Below, piece after piece: positions 35,596-45,888 of a DNA stretch of 64,000 nt (position 1 is its first letter; each line of letters begins with the position of its first letter). The notes under the pieces are model-generated. The model had not been told where the DNA came from and searched no databases. It saw nothing but the letters and a program-made list of their open reading frames with translations. Source of the DNA: Clostridia bacterium (GTDB lineage: Bacteria; Bacillota; Clostridia; UBA1212); contig JAFSVU010000015.1 of NCBI GenBank assembly GCA_017444825.1, positions 413 through 64,412 of the forward strand. Reading direction: 5' to 3'. The translations under genes and the position numbers were made by a program.

Positions 35596-36891
35596 ATGAG
35601 CAAAAGACCGGGACAGACCATAAAAGAACGCTTTGCCTCCATAGGGAAGCCTTACTTCGCATTCCTTCGCATGGACACCTGCATCCTTGCGATCGTGGCA
35701 TTGCTGTCAATATTTATCAACTCGTTCATTCTCAGGGCGGCGGACGGTGCCGGAAACGGCGTCGACACGGCCCTCATTTACAATATGGTCACCTACGGGT
35801 CCCAGCCCTTTTTCATGGTGTTCGCGGTGCTGGTAGTGAGGAAGGTGTCCCCCGGGCACTCGCAGCGCATTGGTTTTTTGTTCTTCGCGCTCCTCTTTTT
35901 ATTCATCATTATCACGGGGGAGAAGGCCGCTACGGATTATTTCATCGTGCCCGCGCTCTTAAGATCCGCCGGGGCAGGCTTTTACTACGTCACCTACAGT
36001 TTTCAGATCATTGAATATACTACGGACGAGAACCGGGACGCGGCGTCGGGCATCAGCGGCACCATCAGCTCGGTGATCGCATTGCTGTTTCCTTTTCTGG
36101 CGGGGCTGTTTTTGTCCTCCTTTGAGGGAAGCTTCACGGGCTACCGCATATTCTTCGGCTTCCTGCTGGGAATAACCCTTCTCGCCTTCATATTCAGCCT
36201 CAAGCTGACGCCCCTTTCAAAGGTGATCGACAAATGCGACAAAAAAACACATCTTGCCGGCGCTTTCAAGGGCCTCATGAAGGAAAAGGCGGGCAGGTCA
36301 ATTCTGCTCATGACCTTCTTTAAAGGCGTGCGCTCCGGCGCCATGGCTTTCTTCATCGAGCTGCTCATATTCAACGCCATCAAGGACGAGGCGATAGTGG
36401 GCTTAAATTCCACCACCGGAAAGATCGCAGCCATAGTCGGGGCGATCCTCTACGGATTTATCGTGACTCCCCGCAGGAGGGCCAAGTCCGTGGCAGTCGC
36501 CTCTTCGCTTATCATTGCCGCTGCGGTCGTGCTTTTCTTCAGGGCAGACTGGATATTCCTCATCATTTTCAGCGTTTTTAACAGCGGCCTCAACATATTC
36601 ATCACAGACCCTGAGCTGACGCTTTATTTCACGGTCATCGATTCCATTGGCGAGCTCAAGGGAAAAGCGGGAGAGGTGCACACGGTGAACGAGGTGTTCC
36701 TGGCATCCGGGGAGGTCATCGGCATCGGTCTTACACTGGCCGCAAACCTGCTGTTTCCGGGGAACAGTATCGCCGCAACGGCAGCAGTCATCCTTCTCAC
36801 CGGGTCCCAGTTTTTCTGCGCAGGGCTCATATCAAAAATAACCAAAGCGCTCGCCTCCGACTCAAGCTCATCGCCCTCCTCAGAGGCCTGA
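35596..36891 (+). CDS. polytopic membrane protein, MFS-like transporter (tentative)
   Basis: About 12 predicted TM helices over 430 aa. Confidence 0.45.
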   Translation: MSKRPGQTIKERFASIGKPYFAFLRMDTCILAIVALLSIFINSFILRAADGAGNGVDTALIYNMVTYGSQPFFMVFAVLVVRKVSPGHSQRIGFLFFALLFLFIIITGEKAATDYFIVPALLRSAGAGFYYVTYSFQIIEYTTDENRDAASGISGTISSVIALLFPFLAGLFLSSFEGSFTGYRIFFGFLLGITLLAFIFSLKLTPLSKVIDKCDKKTHLAGAFKGLMKEKAGRSILLMTFFKGVRSGAMAFFIELLIFNAIKDEAIVGLNSTTGKIAAIVGAILYGFIVTPRRRAKSVAVASSLIIAAAVVLFFRADWIFLIIFSVFNSGLNIFITDPELTLYFTVIDSIGELKGKAGEVHTVNEVFLASGEVIGIGLTLAANLLFPGNSIAATAAVILLTGSQFFCAGLISKITKALASDSSSSPSSEA

Positions 36892-37017
36892 GACTCATGT
36901 ATGGCAGGCCTGAGCCGGGGTCCGAGCTCAATTGACTTTTCGGCCCTCCGGGCCTATAATTATCGGGCAGACAAACGAATAAAAACAGGTCATTTTTCAA
37001 AAAAAGAGGTTTTTCAC

Positions 37018-39531
37018 ATGCTGGAGATCAGACAGATATCTATAGACGGTCAGGATCTGTATTCACCCGTTATCACAGACAACCCCGCGCCGGTTTTCCG
37101 CTGGAAGCTGGCTTCTGACGCGGAGAGCGATTCCCAGCGCGCGTATAAGGTGCTGGTGACTGACGGCTCCAAAGTCTACTGGGATTCGGGTCTGGTAAAG
37201 ACCGGGGACCAGTTCGCGGTGTATAAAGGCGATCCGCTGCCGGAGCTGGAGCAGCTGTCCGCAGAGCTTTTCGTGTATTCAACGTCCGGCGGGTATGCCT
37301 GGGACGAGTGCAGCTTTTCCTGCTATCTTTCGGGACTTAAGAGCCCCTGGATCACATCCGGCAATACGATCCCCCGCAGGGTCGTGAGATTCGTAAAGGA
37401 CATTGCCGTGGACCAGTCAAAAGAGGTGGCCTCGGCGTTTGTAATATATTGCGGTCTTGGTTATTGCAGCCTGTTTGTGAACAGAGAACGGACCAACCCC
37501 GACATCGAGCTGGACCCCGCCTTCTCGGACTACTCAAAGACCGCCTATTTCGTGATCGACGACATATATGAAAAGGCCACGGGCAGCAAGGTTCTGAAGC
37601 TGGCTTTTGAGGTGGCGGACGGCTGGAGATGCTTTGACAGCCCCTTCCTGAAATCAATGGGCGTCAGAGAGCCCTCCTTTGCAGGACCCAACGTTCTCTC
37701 CGCCAGGATCATCATAAAGTATTCCGACGGAACGGTCTCCGAGACCGAAACGGGGCCCGACTGGCAGTGGACCTACTCCAACACGGTCACATCCAGCATA
37801 TACGACGGCACCGTTTTCGACGCGGGACTCACCCGCTTTACCAGAAAGCCGGTGAAGCTCGCCAATGCCCCCTGCGACAACGTTCGCCTCATGACCATAC
37901 CGCCTGTGATGCGCCGTGAAAAATATGCGCCGGTCGACATATTCAGAGCGGAAAACGGGGATTATATCGTAGATTTCGGGAAAAACATTGCCGGCGTCAT
38001 CCAGCTGGAGATACCCGACGAGCAGGAGCCCGGCAGCGTCATTACCATTGGTTATGCGGAGGAGCTTTCGGAGGACGGAACCATATTCACCGACACCTTG
38101 AGAAGCGCCAAGGCCACCGATCAGTACATCTGCGGCGAGCCTGCGGGCATGCCCGTGTTCTGGACCCCGTCTTACACTTACCACGGCTTCCGCTACATTT
38201 CGGTGAAAGGCTACGCCAGCCCTCTCTCCGAAACCAACGTCCTCGCCATCGCCCTCTACACCGCCCTTGCGGAAACAGGCGATTTTTACTGCGGCAGCCC
38301 CGTCCTCAACGCCATCCACGAGGCCTGCGTTGCCACCGAAAGGTCGAACATACACTCCATATTGACTGACTGCCCCCAGCGTGACGAGCGCATGGGCTGG
38401 ATGAACGATGCCACCGTAAGGTTCGGCGCGTTCCCGTACAATTTTGACATTTCCCGCATTTTCCCGAAAATAGTGCAGGACATCAGGGACGTTCAGACCC
38501 CCGACGGCGCCATCACGTGCACCGCCCCCTTCCTCATCGGAGGACGGCCTGCGGATCCGGTCTGCTCCTCGTATCTCGTGGCGGGCTACGAATACTATAT
38601 GCAGAGCGGCGACCGGGATTTCCTCAAAAGAACGTTTGACGGTTTCGCGGCCTGGGAGGAATGTCTCCTCGCACACTCCGAAAACTATATCGTAACCTAT
38701 TCCTACTACGGAGACTGGGCAGGGCCTAAGGATGCCTGCATGAGCCCCGAGGACGCCCGTTCAAAGGTGACCCCCGGAGAGTTTATGTCGACGGGCTTCT
38801 CATATTACAACTGTAAGCTGCTGTCCTTCTTTGCGGAGGAGACCGGAAACAAAAAAGCCGCCGCGGAATACGCCGAAAAGGCCGCGAAGATAAGAGCCGC
38901 ATTCCTGAAAAAATGGTTCGATAAGGACTCTTTGACTGTCGCGGGAAACTCCCAGGGTGCTTTTGCCTTCGCCCTCTATCTCGGCATACTTCCCGAAGAA
39001 TGCGAGGCGGCCGCGGCGGAAAAGCTCTGCGCCACCGTGAGAGAAAACGGCCACAAGATCACTACCGGAAACATCACCACCAGGTACCTTCTCGAGGTCC
39101 TCACCAGGTTCGGCTACGTGGACGACGTGTATAAGATCATGACCTCCGAGACGTACCCGGGCTACGGCTACATGCTTCAGAACGAGGCCACCACCATCTG
39201 GGAGCGCTTCGAGCTCAAGAAGGACCCCTCCATGAACTCCCACAACCACCCAATGTTCGGCGCCTGTGACATATGGTTCTACAAATATCTGCTGGGTATC
39301 TCGCCCCTGACTCCGGGGTGGAAAAAATGCGCCGTCACCCCCTACCTTCCGACAGACCTTCTCTCGGCAAGGGGCTCCCTCGACACGCCCTTCGGAAAAC
39401 TTTACGTAAGATGGTCCAAGCGCTACGGCAAGAGACTTCTGATGATAACCGTGCCCTTCGGCATGGAGTGCGAAGTAAACTTTGAAGGAATCAAAAAAAC
39501 TGTAACGGGAAGCTGCGTATTAGAGGTTTGA
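37018..39531 (+). CDS. alpha-L-rhamnosidase, GH78 (RhaB-type)
   Basis: ATG at 37018 with ribosome-binding site. LTDCPQRDERMGWMNDA GH78 signature. Confidence 0.8.
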   Translation: MLEIRQISIDGQDLYSPVITDNPAPVFRWKLASDAESDSQRAYKVLVTDGSKVYWDSGLVKTGDQFAVYKGDPLPELEQLSAELFVYSTSGGYAWDECSFSCYLSGLKSPWITSGNTIPRRVVRFVKDIAVDQSKEVASAFVIYCGLGYCSLFVNRERTNPDIELDPAFSDYSKTAYFVIDDIYEKATGSKVLKLAFEVADGWRCFDSPFLKSMGVREPSFAGPNVLSARIIIKYSDGTVSETETGPDWQWTYSNTVTSSIYDGTVFDAGLTRFTRKPVKLANAPCDNVRLMTIPPVMRREKYAPVDIFRAENGDYIVDFGKNIAGVIQLEIPDEQEPGSVITIGYAEELSEDGTIFTDTLRSAKATDQYICGEPAGMPVFWTPSYTYHGFRYISVKGYASPLSETNVLAIALYTALAETGDFYCGSPVLNAIHEACVATERSNIHSILTDCPQRDERMGWMNDATVRFGAFPYNFDISRIFPKIVQDIRDVQTPDGAITCTAPFLIGGRPADPVCSSYLVAGYEYYMQSGDRDFLKRTFDGFAAWEECLLAHSENYIVTYSYYGDWAGPKDACMSPEDARSKVTPGEFMSTGFSYYNCKLLSFFAEETGNKKAAAEYAEKAAKIRAAFLKKWFDKDSLTVAGNSQGAFAFALYLGILPEECEAAAAEKLCATVRENGHKITTGNITTRYLLEVLTRFGYVDDVYKIMTSETYPGYGYMLQNEATTIWERFELKKDPSMNSHNHPMFGACDIWFYKYLLGISPLTPGWKKCAVTPYLPTDLLSARGSLDTPFGKLYVRWSKRYGKRLLMITVPFGMECEVNFEGIKKTVTGSCVLEV

Positions 39532-40173
39532 CTCAATTTCAAACGCCAATGCCTCCCCCGTCACGGGATGAGAAAATGAAAGCTTTACGGCGCAAAGACC
39601 GAGCTCAGACGAGCCGTCTCTTGCGCCGTATTTTTTGTCGCCGCAAAGAGGAAACCCCCTTGACGCAAACTGGACCCTTATCTGGTGAGTCCTGCCGGTG
39701 ATAAGTCTGATCCGAAGGAGCGAGGTATCTTCCCGCTCCTCTTTTACGTTATAAACAAGCCTCGCCTCCCGGACGCCCTTTCTCATCCTGTCTACCACGT
39801 AGACCTTGTTCTTTGAGCTGTCCTTGAAAAGAAGGTCGCAAAGCTCCCGCCCGCCTTCATCGCAGCCGGGATGTCCGTTCACGAGGGCCTCGTATTCCTT
39901 AACAAGCCTGCCGTTTGCGGCATCTTCGGAAAGAGCCGCTGCCGCCCTCTTCGACCGGGCAAATACCATCAGGCCCCTTGTGCCCGTGTCAAGACGGTGT
40001 ACGGGAAAAATGTCCGTATTTTCGCTTTTTTCGGAAAAATATCTTGACAAGGCAGACGGCAGCGAAGGGACATTTCCGTCCCCGCAAGCCTCGGAGATGA
40101 CCCCCGCAGGTTTTACCGCAACGACTACGTCCCTGTCCTCATATATTATCTCAAGCACAAAAGCTTCAGCCAA
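39520..40173 (-). CDS. RluA-family pseudouridine synthase
   Basis: HRLDTGTRGLMVFA and GRTHQIRVQFA motifs. Confidence 0.7.
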   Translation of the reverse strand: MAEAFVLEIIYEDRDVVVAVKPAGVISEACGDGNVPSLPSALSRYFSEKSENTDIFPVHRLDTGTRGLMVFARSKRAAAALSEDAANGRLVKEYEALVNGHPGCDEGGRELCDLLFKDSSKNKVYVVDRMRKGVREARLVYNVKEEREDTSLLRIRLITGRTHQIRVQFASRGFPLCGDKKYGARDGSSELGLCAVKLSFSHPVTGEALAFEIESNL

Positions 40174-41263
40174 GACTTCTCTCCTCCGCCGCGGCGTTAA
40201 ACATATCGATTATCTTTTCGTAGAGATCACCGTCGAGGGCATTGGTCCAAAGCCCCCTGTCAAGGTGCTCCCTCATGTATTCCGACCTTTCCGAGGCCGT
40301 CGGCGACGTCTCATTGAACCACACCTCAAAGGCTTTGTTGAACTCCTCCACGTAATCCAGGGCCTCATCCGAAAAATCCACGTAGTTGTGACCTCTGTCG
40401 TCAAACTTTACAAAAGCAAATCTTCCGTCGCCCGAAAACTCCTCTTCCAGCTTCCCGAGCCCCGCGCCAATGGGAACCGTTTCATCATCCGAGCTGTGCG
40501 CCACAAGCACCCTGCAGGAGGACTTTTTCAGCCCCGCTATAGCCCCCTCGGTGGCACTGAGGCCGAATTTGATCTTCTCAAAAAGCTTCACATAGGGAAG
40601 AAGCAAAAGGCTTACGGGTCCTGCCTTTTCCATTCCCTCCCGGACTATCATATCCGAGCTGTCGCAAAACCCCGAAAGCACCGCCACCGCAGCTACGTCA
40701 TCCCGCAGGTTCAGCACATTTAAGACGGAAAAGCCTCCCATACTGTGGCCGAAAAGCATGACCGGAAGATCCTTCAGCCTCCCGTCCTCCTTCACGTAAC
40801 CAATGGCCGCATCAAGGTCAAGTGTATACTGGGGAATGCCCTCCGTGCCGCTGCCCTCAGAAAGATCGTTTCCCGCGGCGTCAAACATGAAAACGTAATA
40901 CCCGTTCCTGGCGAACATATATGCGGAGTCCATGTACTGGTTCGCGCCGCCTCCTCCGAAGCCGTGGCATACGACCACCACGCCTTTGGGCATATCCGCC
41001 TCGTCTACGCTGTAAAGATACCCCTGAAGGCTTCTGCCGCAGCTTTTAAAAGTTAAACGTTCCTCCTTCAGTCCCTCAAACTCGGACACGTCGTAGCGCA
41101 GATAGTCCGCAGTCTCAAACCGCCCCGTAAAAACAGCCGAATACACGATCCCGGACACGCAAAAAGGCACCGCAGTCAGCAGCAGCACCGCCGCTACGGC
41201 AATGAGAACGATCCTCCGTATTATTGTCTTTTTCGGGATTTGGCGGCTTTTCATATTGGTCAA
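40166..41263 (-). CDS. membrane-anchored alpha/beta hydrolase
   Basis: N-terminal TM helix. GHSMGG nucleophile elbow. Confidence 0.6.
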   Translation of the reverse strand: MTNMKSRQIPKKTIIRRIVLIAVAAVLLLTAVPFCVSGIVYSAVFTGRFETADYLRYDVSEFEGLKEERLTFKSCGRSLQGYLYSVDEADMPKGVVVVCHGFGGGGANQYMDSAYMFARNGYYVFMFDAAGNDLSEGSGTEGIPQYTLDLDAAIGYVKEDGRLKDLPVMLFGHSMGGFSVLNVLNLRDDVAAVAVLSGFCDSSDMIVREGMEKAGPVSLLLLPYVKLFEKIKFGLSATEGAIAGLKKSSCRVLVAHSSDDETVPIGAGLGKLEEEFSGDGRFAFVKFDDRGHNYVDFSDEALDYVEEFNKAFEVWFNETSPTASERSEYMREHLDRGLWTNALDGDLYEKIIDMFNAAAEERSLG

Positions 41264-41272
41264 TGTGACGGT

Positions 41273-42031
41273 TTATTTAAATATCCAGGCCAGGACCTCC
41301 TGAATGTATTTGTCCCAGAAGCCCCAGTCGTGGGTCCCTTCGGACTCCATGTACGTAAAATCGTAATCGAATTTCCCGATCTCCTCCTTGAGCCGCTGAC
41401 ATTCGCCGTAGAGGGCGTCACTGTAACCAATGGCCATGAACATTCTGGGCTTCACCGCATCATTTGCCTTCATTTTTACGAGCTTGAACAGGTCGTCCGT
41501 CTCCTTCACGACTCTCTCGGGGCCGAAAACAGGCTCAAAAAAGCCCTGGTCCACCCATGCCTTTATGTCGGTAAGAGGCGAAAGCCCCGCGCAGGCGGCG
41601 AATCTGTCGCTTTCCCGGAGGCCTATTTTAAGCGCGCCGTAGCCGCCCATCGAGAGTCCCGCAACGAAATTGTCCTCTCTTTTCGACGAAACGTTGAACG
41701 TGTCCTGGATCCTGGCGGGAAGCTCCTTGGCTACGTAGGTGTAAAAATCCGAGCCGTAGCGCATATCGGTGTAAAAACTTTTCTCGCCAAAGGGCATGAC
41801 CACGGCAATACCGTACTGATCTGCATAACGCTCTATGGAGGTCCTGCGCATCCAGATGGTGTGATCGTCGCTGAGCCCGTGAAGCAGATAAAGGCATTTA
41901 AACTTGCCCTGAGCCACCTCGCCTCCTGCGTCGCCGATCCTGCCGGCAGTCCCCCGCTGAGGGATCAAAACATTGGCCTCGGTGTGCATACCCAAGGCCT
42001 CGCTGAAAAAATCAATTTTGCAAAAAATCAT
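41273..42031 (-). CDS. esterase (esterase D / putative esterase family, PF00756-like)
   Basis: Real start at 42031 (GGAGGTGG ribosome-binding site; MIFCKIDFF...). HGLSDDHTIWM and GLSMGGYGAL. The 118-aa N-terminal extension in the six-frame track looks like translated intergenic DNA. Confidence 0.65.
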   Translation of the reverse strand: MIFCKIDFFSEALGMHTEANVLIPQRGTAGRIGDAGGEVAQGKFKCLYLLHGLSDDHTIWMRRTSIERYADQYGIAVVMPFGEKSFYTDMRYGSDFYTYVAKELPARIQDTFNVSSKREDNFVAGLSMGGYGALKIGLRESDRFAACAGLSPLTDIKAWVDQGFFEPVFGPERVVKETDDLFKLVKMKANDAVKPRMFMAIGYSDALYGECQRLKEEIGKFDYDFTYMESEGTHDWGFWDKYIQEVLAWIFK

Positions 42032-42179
42032 TCCGCCACCTCCGTACCGGTTTGCCTGTATTATATTCTTTCGGGTGTCTCTTTTCAATTGCGGAAGGAG
42101 TGCAAAAATGGTAGAATAAAAACCTGACCGGCACAAAGCGGTAAACATATAAATATAAATAAAAGGAAGTTCAGGCAAT

Positions 42180-43037
42180 ATGAAAAAGGGTTTTTGTTTG
42201 GTTCTGACTGTATTGATCATTGCGGTGCTTGCGGGCTGCACCCCGAAGTATCTGCCGCAGATCTGCGGTATTACGGGCACGGAAAGCTCTATGACCGCGG
42301 AGGTTGAGTTCGACAGATGGATCTCGGTCCCGCTGATCCTTGAGACCCAGGAGAAAACGAAAACCGTTGATTTTGACGGAAACACCTATGAGTGCGCTTA
42401 TAAGGAGTCTTCGTATATGCGCTTCACCCCCTCTCTCAAACACACCTACAACGCGGAGACGGGAGAGGAATTCGGCATCGATTCGGCAGGGAAGCTGATC
42501 TATTTCGTAAGCCCGGAGACTCTTGTAAAGCCCGAGGAGCCCATTGCAGAGGATGCCGCCATCGCAAAGGCCAAAGAGACCATAAAAGCCCACTACCCGG
42601 ACATCGATCTTTCGGCGTATAAAGAGTCTATCTATTTCTCGGAGGCCGACGGCTCATACTCGTTTTCATACATCAAGTATCTTGGCGAGCAGATAACCTT
42701 CGACCACTTTGAGATGAGGATCTCGGGGACGGGCAAGGTCGTGATTTTCGCGGCGTATCTCATTGGCAAGGTCCGGACAGAGATGGCAGACACGATAAAT
42801 CTTCAGAACGTCAAAAAGAGGCTTTACGCAAAGTGCGACGCCCTCACCTCAAAATCAAAAAAGAGTTACGATAAGGTCTATTACGACGACTATTCCTACA
42901 TTCTGACCGTGGACGAGGACGGAAACCCGGCTATGGTCGTGCTCACCACGATGGTTTTTCAGAACACCTTCGACCAGCTGGCGTCGACCCACGAGGTGGA
43001 TATTCAGTTCTACTTCACCGGCGAAGGGGTGAAATAA
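42180..43037 (+). CDS. hypothetical lipoprotein
   Basis: AAAGGAAG ribosome-binding site. Lipobox LAGC. Confidence 0.55.
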   Translation: MKKGFCLVLTVLIIAVLAGCTPKYLPQICGITGTESSMTAEVEFDRWISVPLILETQEKTKTVDFDGNTYECAYKESSYMRFTPSLKHTYNAETGEEFGIDSAGKLIYFVSPETLVKPEEPIAEDAAIAKAKETIKAHYPDIDLSAYKESIYFSEADGSYSFSYIKYLGEQITFDHFEMRISGTGKVVIFAAYLIGKVRTEMADTINLQNVKKRLYAKCDALTSKSKKSYDKVYYDDYSYILTVDEDGNPAMVVLTTMVFQNTFDQLASTHEVDIQFYFTGEGVK

Positions 43038-43075
43038 AGCCCTGCGATGCACTCGCCAATGTTTGACACATAATT

Positions 43076-44653
43076 ATGACTGAGCTTTCAAAAAAACTGT
43101 TTGTCAGGATAGCGGGATTGCTCCTTGCCGTGATGCTTTTTGCGGCGGTCACCCCCTTCCGTTCTTATGCGGCCGAAGTGCCCTCAAGAAAGCAGGTTGA
43201 AGCGTCCGGTCTTCCGGTTCTTGACATCACCCTTGACGGGTACGGCGAGGACGACATCCACCGCAGCGCCTGGCAGCCGGCGTACTGCAGACTGGACATG
43301 AACGGGGAGGTGCTGGAGACCGGGGCACAGATCAAAGGCCGAGGGAATTACACCTGGGCGCAGGAAAAAAGGCCCTATGCGATAAAGCTCGACGTTAAGC
43401 AGAAGTGGTTCGGTTTCAGCGGCGCCAGAGACTGGGTGCTCCTTGCAGATTACACCGACGAGACCCATCTCAGGAACTATTTTGCGTTCACATTGGCGTC
43501 CGGTTTCAGGTTTTCTTTCACGCCGAAGGTTCAGCACGCCCACGTCTATATCAACGGGGAATACAAGGGCCTCTACCTCATCGCAGAGAAGGTGGAGATC
43601 GACGCTAAGAGGGTCGACATTGACGTGACAAGGGGCGACCTCCTTCTGGAGTTGGACAATAACTACGGATACAGCGAGCCGGAGCAGATATCAACGCCAA
43701 TGGGGAACCTTCTTGTGGTGAAGGATCCGGACTCCGAGGAATACCGCAGGAAGGCAGAAGAGGCAGGCTCAAAGCTGTCCTTTGCCGCCGCCAAGCGCTT
43801 CGTCAAAAAATGCATATCCGCGTTTGAGAACGGGCTCCTTGAAAACGCGCCCCTTGATGAGCTTGGCAATTACATCGATCTTACGTCCCTCGTGGACTGG
43901 TATATTTTCAACGAGATCATGAAGAACGATGACTCGGTGTTCAATTCCAGCATATACCTCTACAGCCGCTTTGACGATAAGCTCTATATGGGGCCTGTCT
44001 GGGACTACGACATTTCGCTGGCGGGAATAGACCGCTACACGAACCTTAACCCCACGGGACTTCAGTATCTCGACAACCCCTGGGAGCGGCAGGGAAACTG
44101 GTTTTTGTATCTTTTAAACAGAGACGACTTCGTTAGCATGGTCAAGGCCCGCTGGACGGAGCTCTACGGCAGCACTCTTTTTTCGGACAGCCTGAAAAAG
44201 CTCAACGACACCGCAAGTGCCATCAGAAAGGACGTGTCCTACGATTATGCGCTCTACGACAACCGGGGCGTATTCGTTAACATGGCGGACTATAGCGAAG
44301 CCTGCAATTATCTCATGAATTATATAACGGAGCGCATCACCTGGCTGAACTCCGAATGGGGAGACGGATCATCGGGAGAGCTTCATTACGAAACGCCAAA
44401 GCCTGAGGAGACCCAAGAGCCTGAACCCACACCCGGTGAACCCGAAATCACGGAAGCTCCAAAGAACCAAACGCCGGGCCCCGAAGTCACAGCCGAGCCC
44501 TTCCCTCAAAACGAAGACGCCCCCACGTGGCCTGCGCTCATCATCGCCTCCGTTGTTTCGTTTGCCTTAGGCGCAGGAGCGGCTGTTCTCGTAATGATCA
44601 TCGTTAAAAAACAGCGCACAAAGAAAGAAAACAGTCCGGAGGACAAAGCATGA
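43076..44653 (+). CDS. CotH kinase-family protein with C-terminal TM anchor
   Basis: IKGRGNYTWAQEKRPYAIKLD matches the CotH (RGNS..PKKSYK) motif. Signal peptide. C-terminal PT-rich segment followed by TM and a basic tail. Confidence 0.65.
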   Translation: MTELSKKLFVRIAGLLLAVMLFAAVTPFRSYAAEVPSRKQVEASGLPVLDITLDGYGEDDIHRSAWQPAYCRLDMNGEVLETGAQIKGRGNYTWAQEKRPYAIKLDVKQKWFGFSGARDWVLLADYTDETHLRNYFAFTLASGFRFSFTPKVQHAHVYINGEYKGLYLIAEKVEIDAKRVDIDVTRGDLLLELDNNYGYSEPEQISTPMGNLLVVKDPDSEEYRRKAEEAGSKLSFAAAKRFVKKCISAFENGLLENAPLDELGNYIDLTSLVDWYIFNEIMKNDDSVFNSSIYLYSRFDDKLYMGPVWDYDISLAGIDRYTNLNPTGLQYLDNPWERQGNWFLYLLNRDDFVSMVKARWTELYGSTLFSDSLKKLNDTASAIRKDVSYDYALYDNRGVFVNMADYSEACNYLMNYITERITWLNSEWGDGSSGELHYETPKPEETQEPEPTPGEPEITEAPKNQTPGPEVTAEPFPQNEDAPTWPALIIASVVSFALGAGAAVLVMIIVKKQRTKKENSPEDKA

Positions 44654-45843
44654 CAGGATCATTCAGCGGCCTTCCGCTCACGGAAAAAATATATGAAACA
44701 GAGGGCCTCACCCTCACCTTTGACGCCAACGTCCTTTCCTGCGAGCCCTATAATGGCGGCTTCGGCGTCGTACTTGACAGGACAGCGTTCTTTCCGGGAG
44801 GCGGCGGTCAGGAATTCGACACAGGCTCCATAGGAAAAGCCTCAGTGACGCTCGTTGAGGATATCGACGGGGTCGTGGTCCACGTGACCGACGGGCCCAT
44901 TGGCGTGGGAGAGGCCGTGACCTGCCGGGTGGAAGAAAAAGAGCGTATGCGAAGGATGGAGCACCACACCGCAGAGCACATATTCTCGGGAACGGTGCAC
45001 AAGTATTTCGGGCTTGAGAACGTGGGATTTCACCTGGGCTCCGAATTCGTGACGATAGATACGAGCGGGCCCCTTACGCCGGAGCAGCTGGCCGAGGCCG
45101 AAAGGCTCGCAAACGAAGCGGTGAGGAAGAACGACAGGATCGAGATCCTTTTCCCCACCGAGGAGGAGCTTAAAGACATCGAGTACAGAAGCAAAAAGGA
45201 GCTCTCCGGAAAGATCAGGATCGTAAAAATAGGCGAAACAGACACCTGCGCCTGCTGCGCGCCCCACCTTGAAAGGACGGGGCAGGTGGGCGCCATAACC
45301 ATCATCTCGGCAATGCCCTACAAAGGCGGAATGAGACTCTCCATGCTGGCGGGAGATGAGGCGATAAAGGAGCTTCGCAGGCGCCAGAACTCCCTCAAAG
45401 CCTGCGGCGAGATGCTGTCCGTAAAGCCTAACGAGGTCCCGGAGGCGCTTAGAAAGGTCCTTGAAGGCCGCGAGGAAGCCGCCAGGGAAAAAATCGCACT
45501 CATAACAGAGCTCTGCGAGATGAAGCTGAAGGAAGACAAAGATCAGGGCAGGGACTTCAGCCTCCTCGTTTATGAAAAAGCGGATCAGCGGATCGCAAAC
45601 CGTCTGGGCGACACATACATGAAGGGCGTGCTCTTCTTCCTGGCCATCACGGGCGGAGAAGGTTCATTAAGATACATAATGAAGTCAGAAAAGCTGGACC
45701 TTCGCGCCGCTGCCCCCGTTGTAAACGGGATCTTGAAAGGCCGGGGCGGCGGAAAAAGCGGCGAGATCAGCGGCTCCTGCGGCGTCACCCTTTCAGACAT
45801 TGAAGCCTGCGCTTCCGAATTATACGAAAAGCTGAAACCTTGA
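44650..45843 (+). CDS. AlaX-type alanyl-tRNA editing protein (AlaRS second additional domain)
   Basis: HxxxH (HTAEHIF) and CxxxH (CCAPH) zinc motifs. About 400 aa. Confidence 0.6.
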   Translation: MTGSFSGLPLTEKIYETEGLTLTFDANVLSCEPYNGGFGVVLDRTAFFPGGGGQEFDTGSIGKASVTLVEDIDGVVVHVTDGPIGVGEAVTCRVEEKERMRRMEHHTAEHIFSGTVHKYFGLENVGFHLGSEFVTIDTSGPLTPEQLAEAERLANEAVRKNDRIEILFPTEEELKDIEYRSKKELSGKIRIVKIGETDTCACCAPHLERTGQVGAITIISAMPYKGGMRLSMLAGDEAIKELRRRQNSLKACGEMLSVKPNEVPEALRKVLEGREEAAREKIALITELCEMKLKEDKDQGRDFSLLVYEKADQRIANRLGDTYMKGVLFFLAITGGEGSLRYIMKSEKLDLRAAAPVVNGILKGRGGGKSGEISGSCGVTLSDIEACASELYEKLKP

Positions 45844-45870
45844 GGGGCTTCAGCTTTTCGTGTTTGTAAT
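45826..45870 (+). terminator. rho-independent terminator (stem GAAAAGCTGAA/TTCAGCTTTTC followed by a T-rich tail)
   Basis: 11-bp perfect inverted repeat spanning the alaX-like stop codon, followed by GTGTTTGTAATT. Confidence 0.5.
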
Positions 45871-45888
45871 TACATTGGCGATGTTATA

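Noticed and set aside
42032-42385. 118-aa N-terminal extension of the esterase ORF (track start at 42385)
   Set aside because: A strong GGAGGTGG ribosome-binding site and an ATG at 42031 mark the real start. The upstream residues have no esterase homology and read like translated intergenic DNA.
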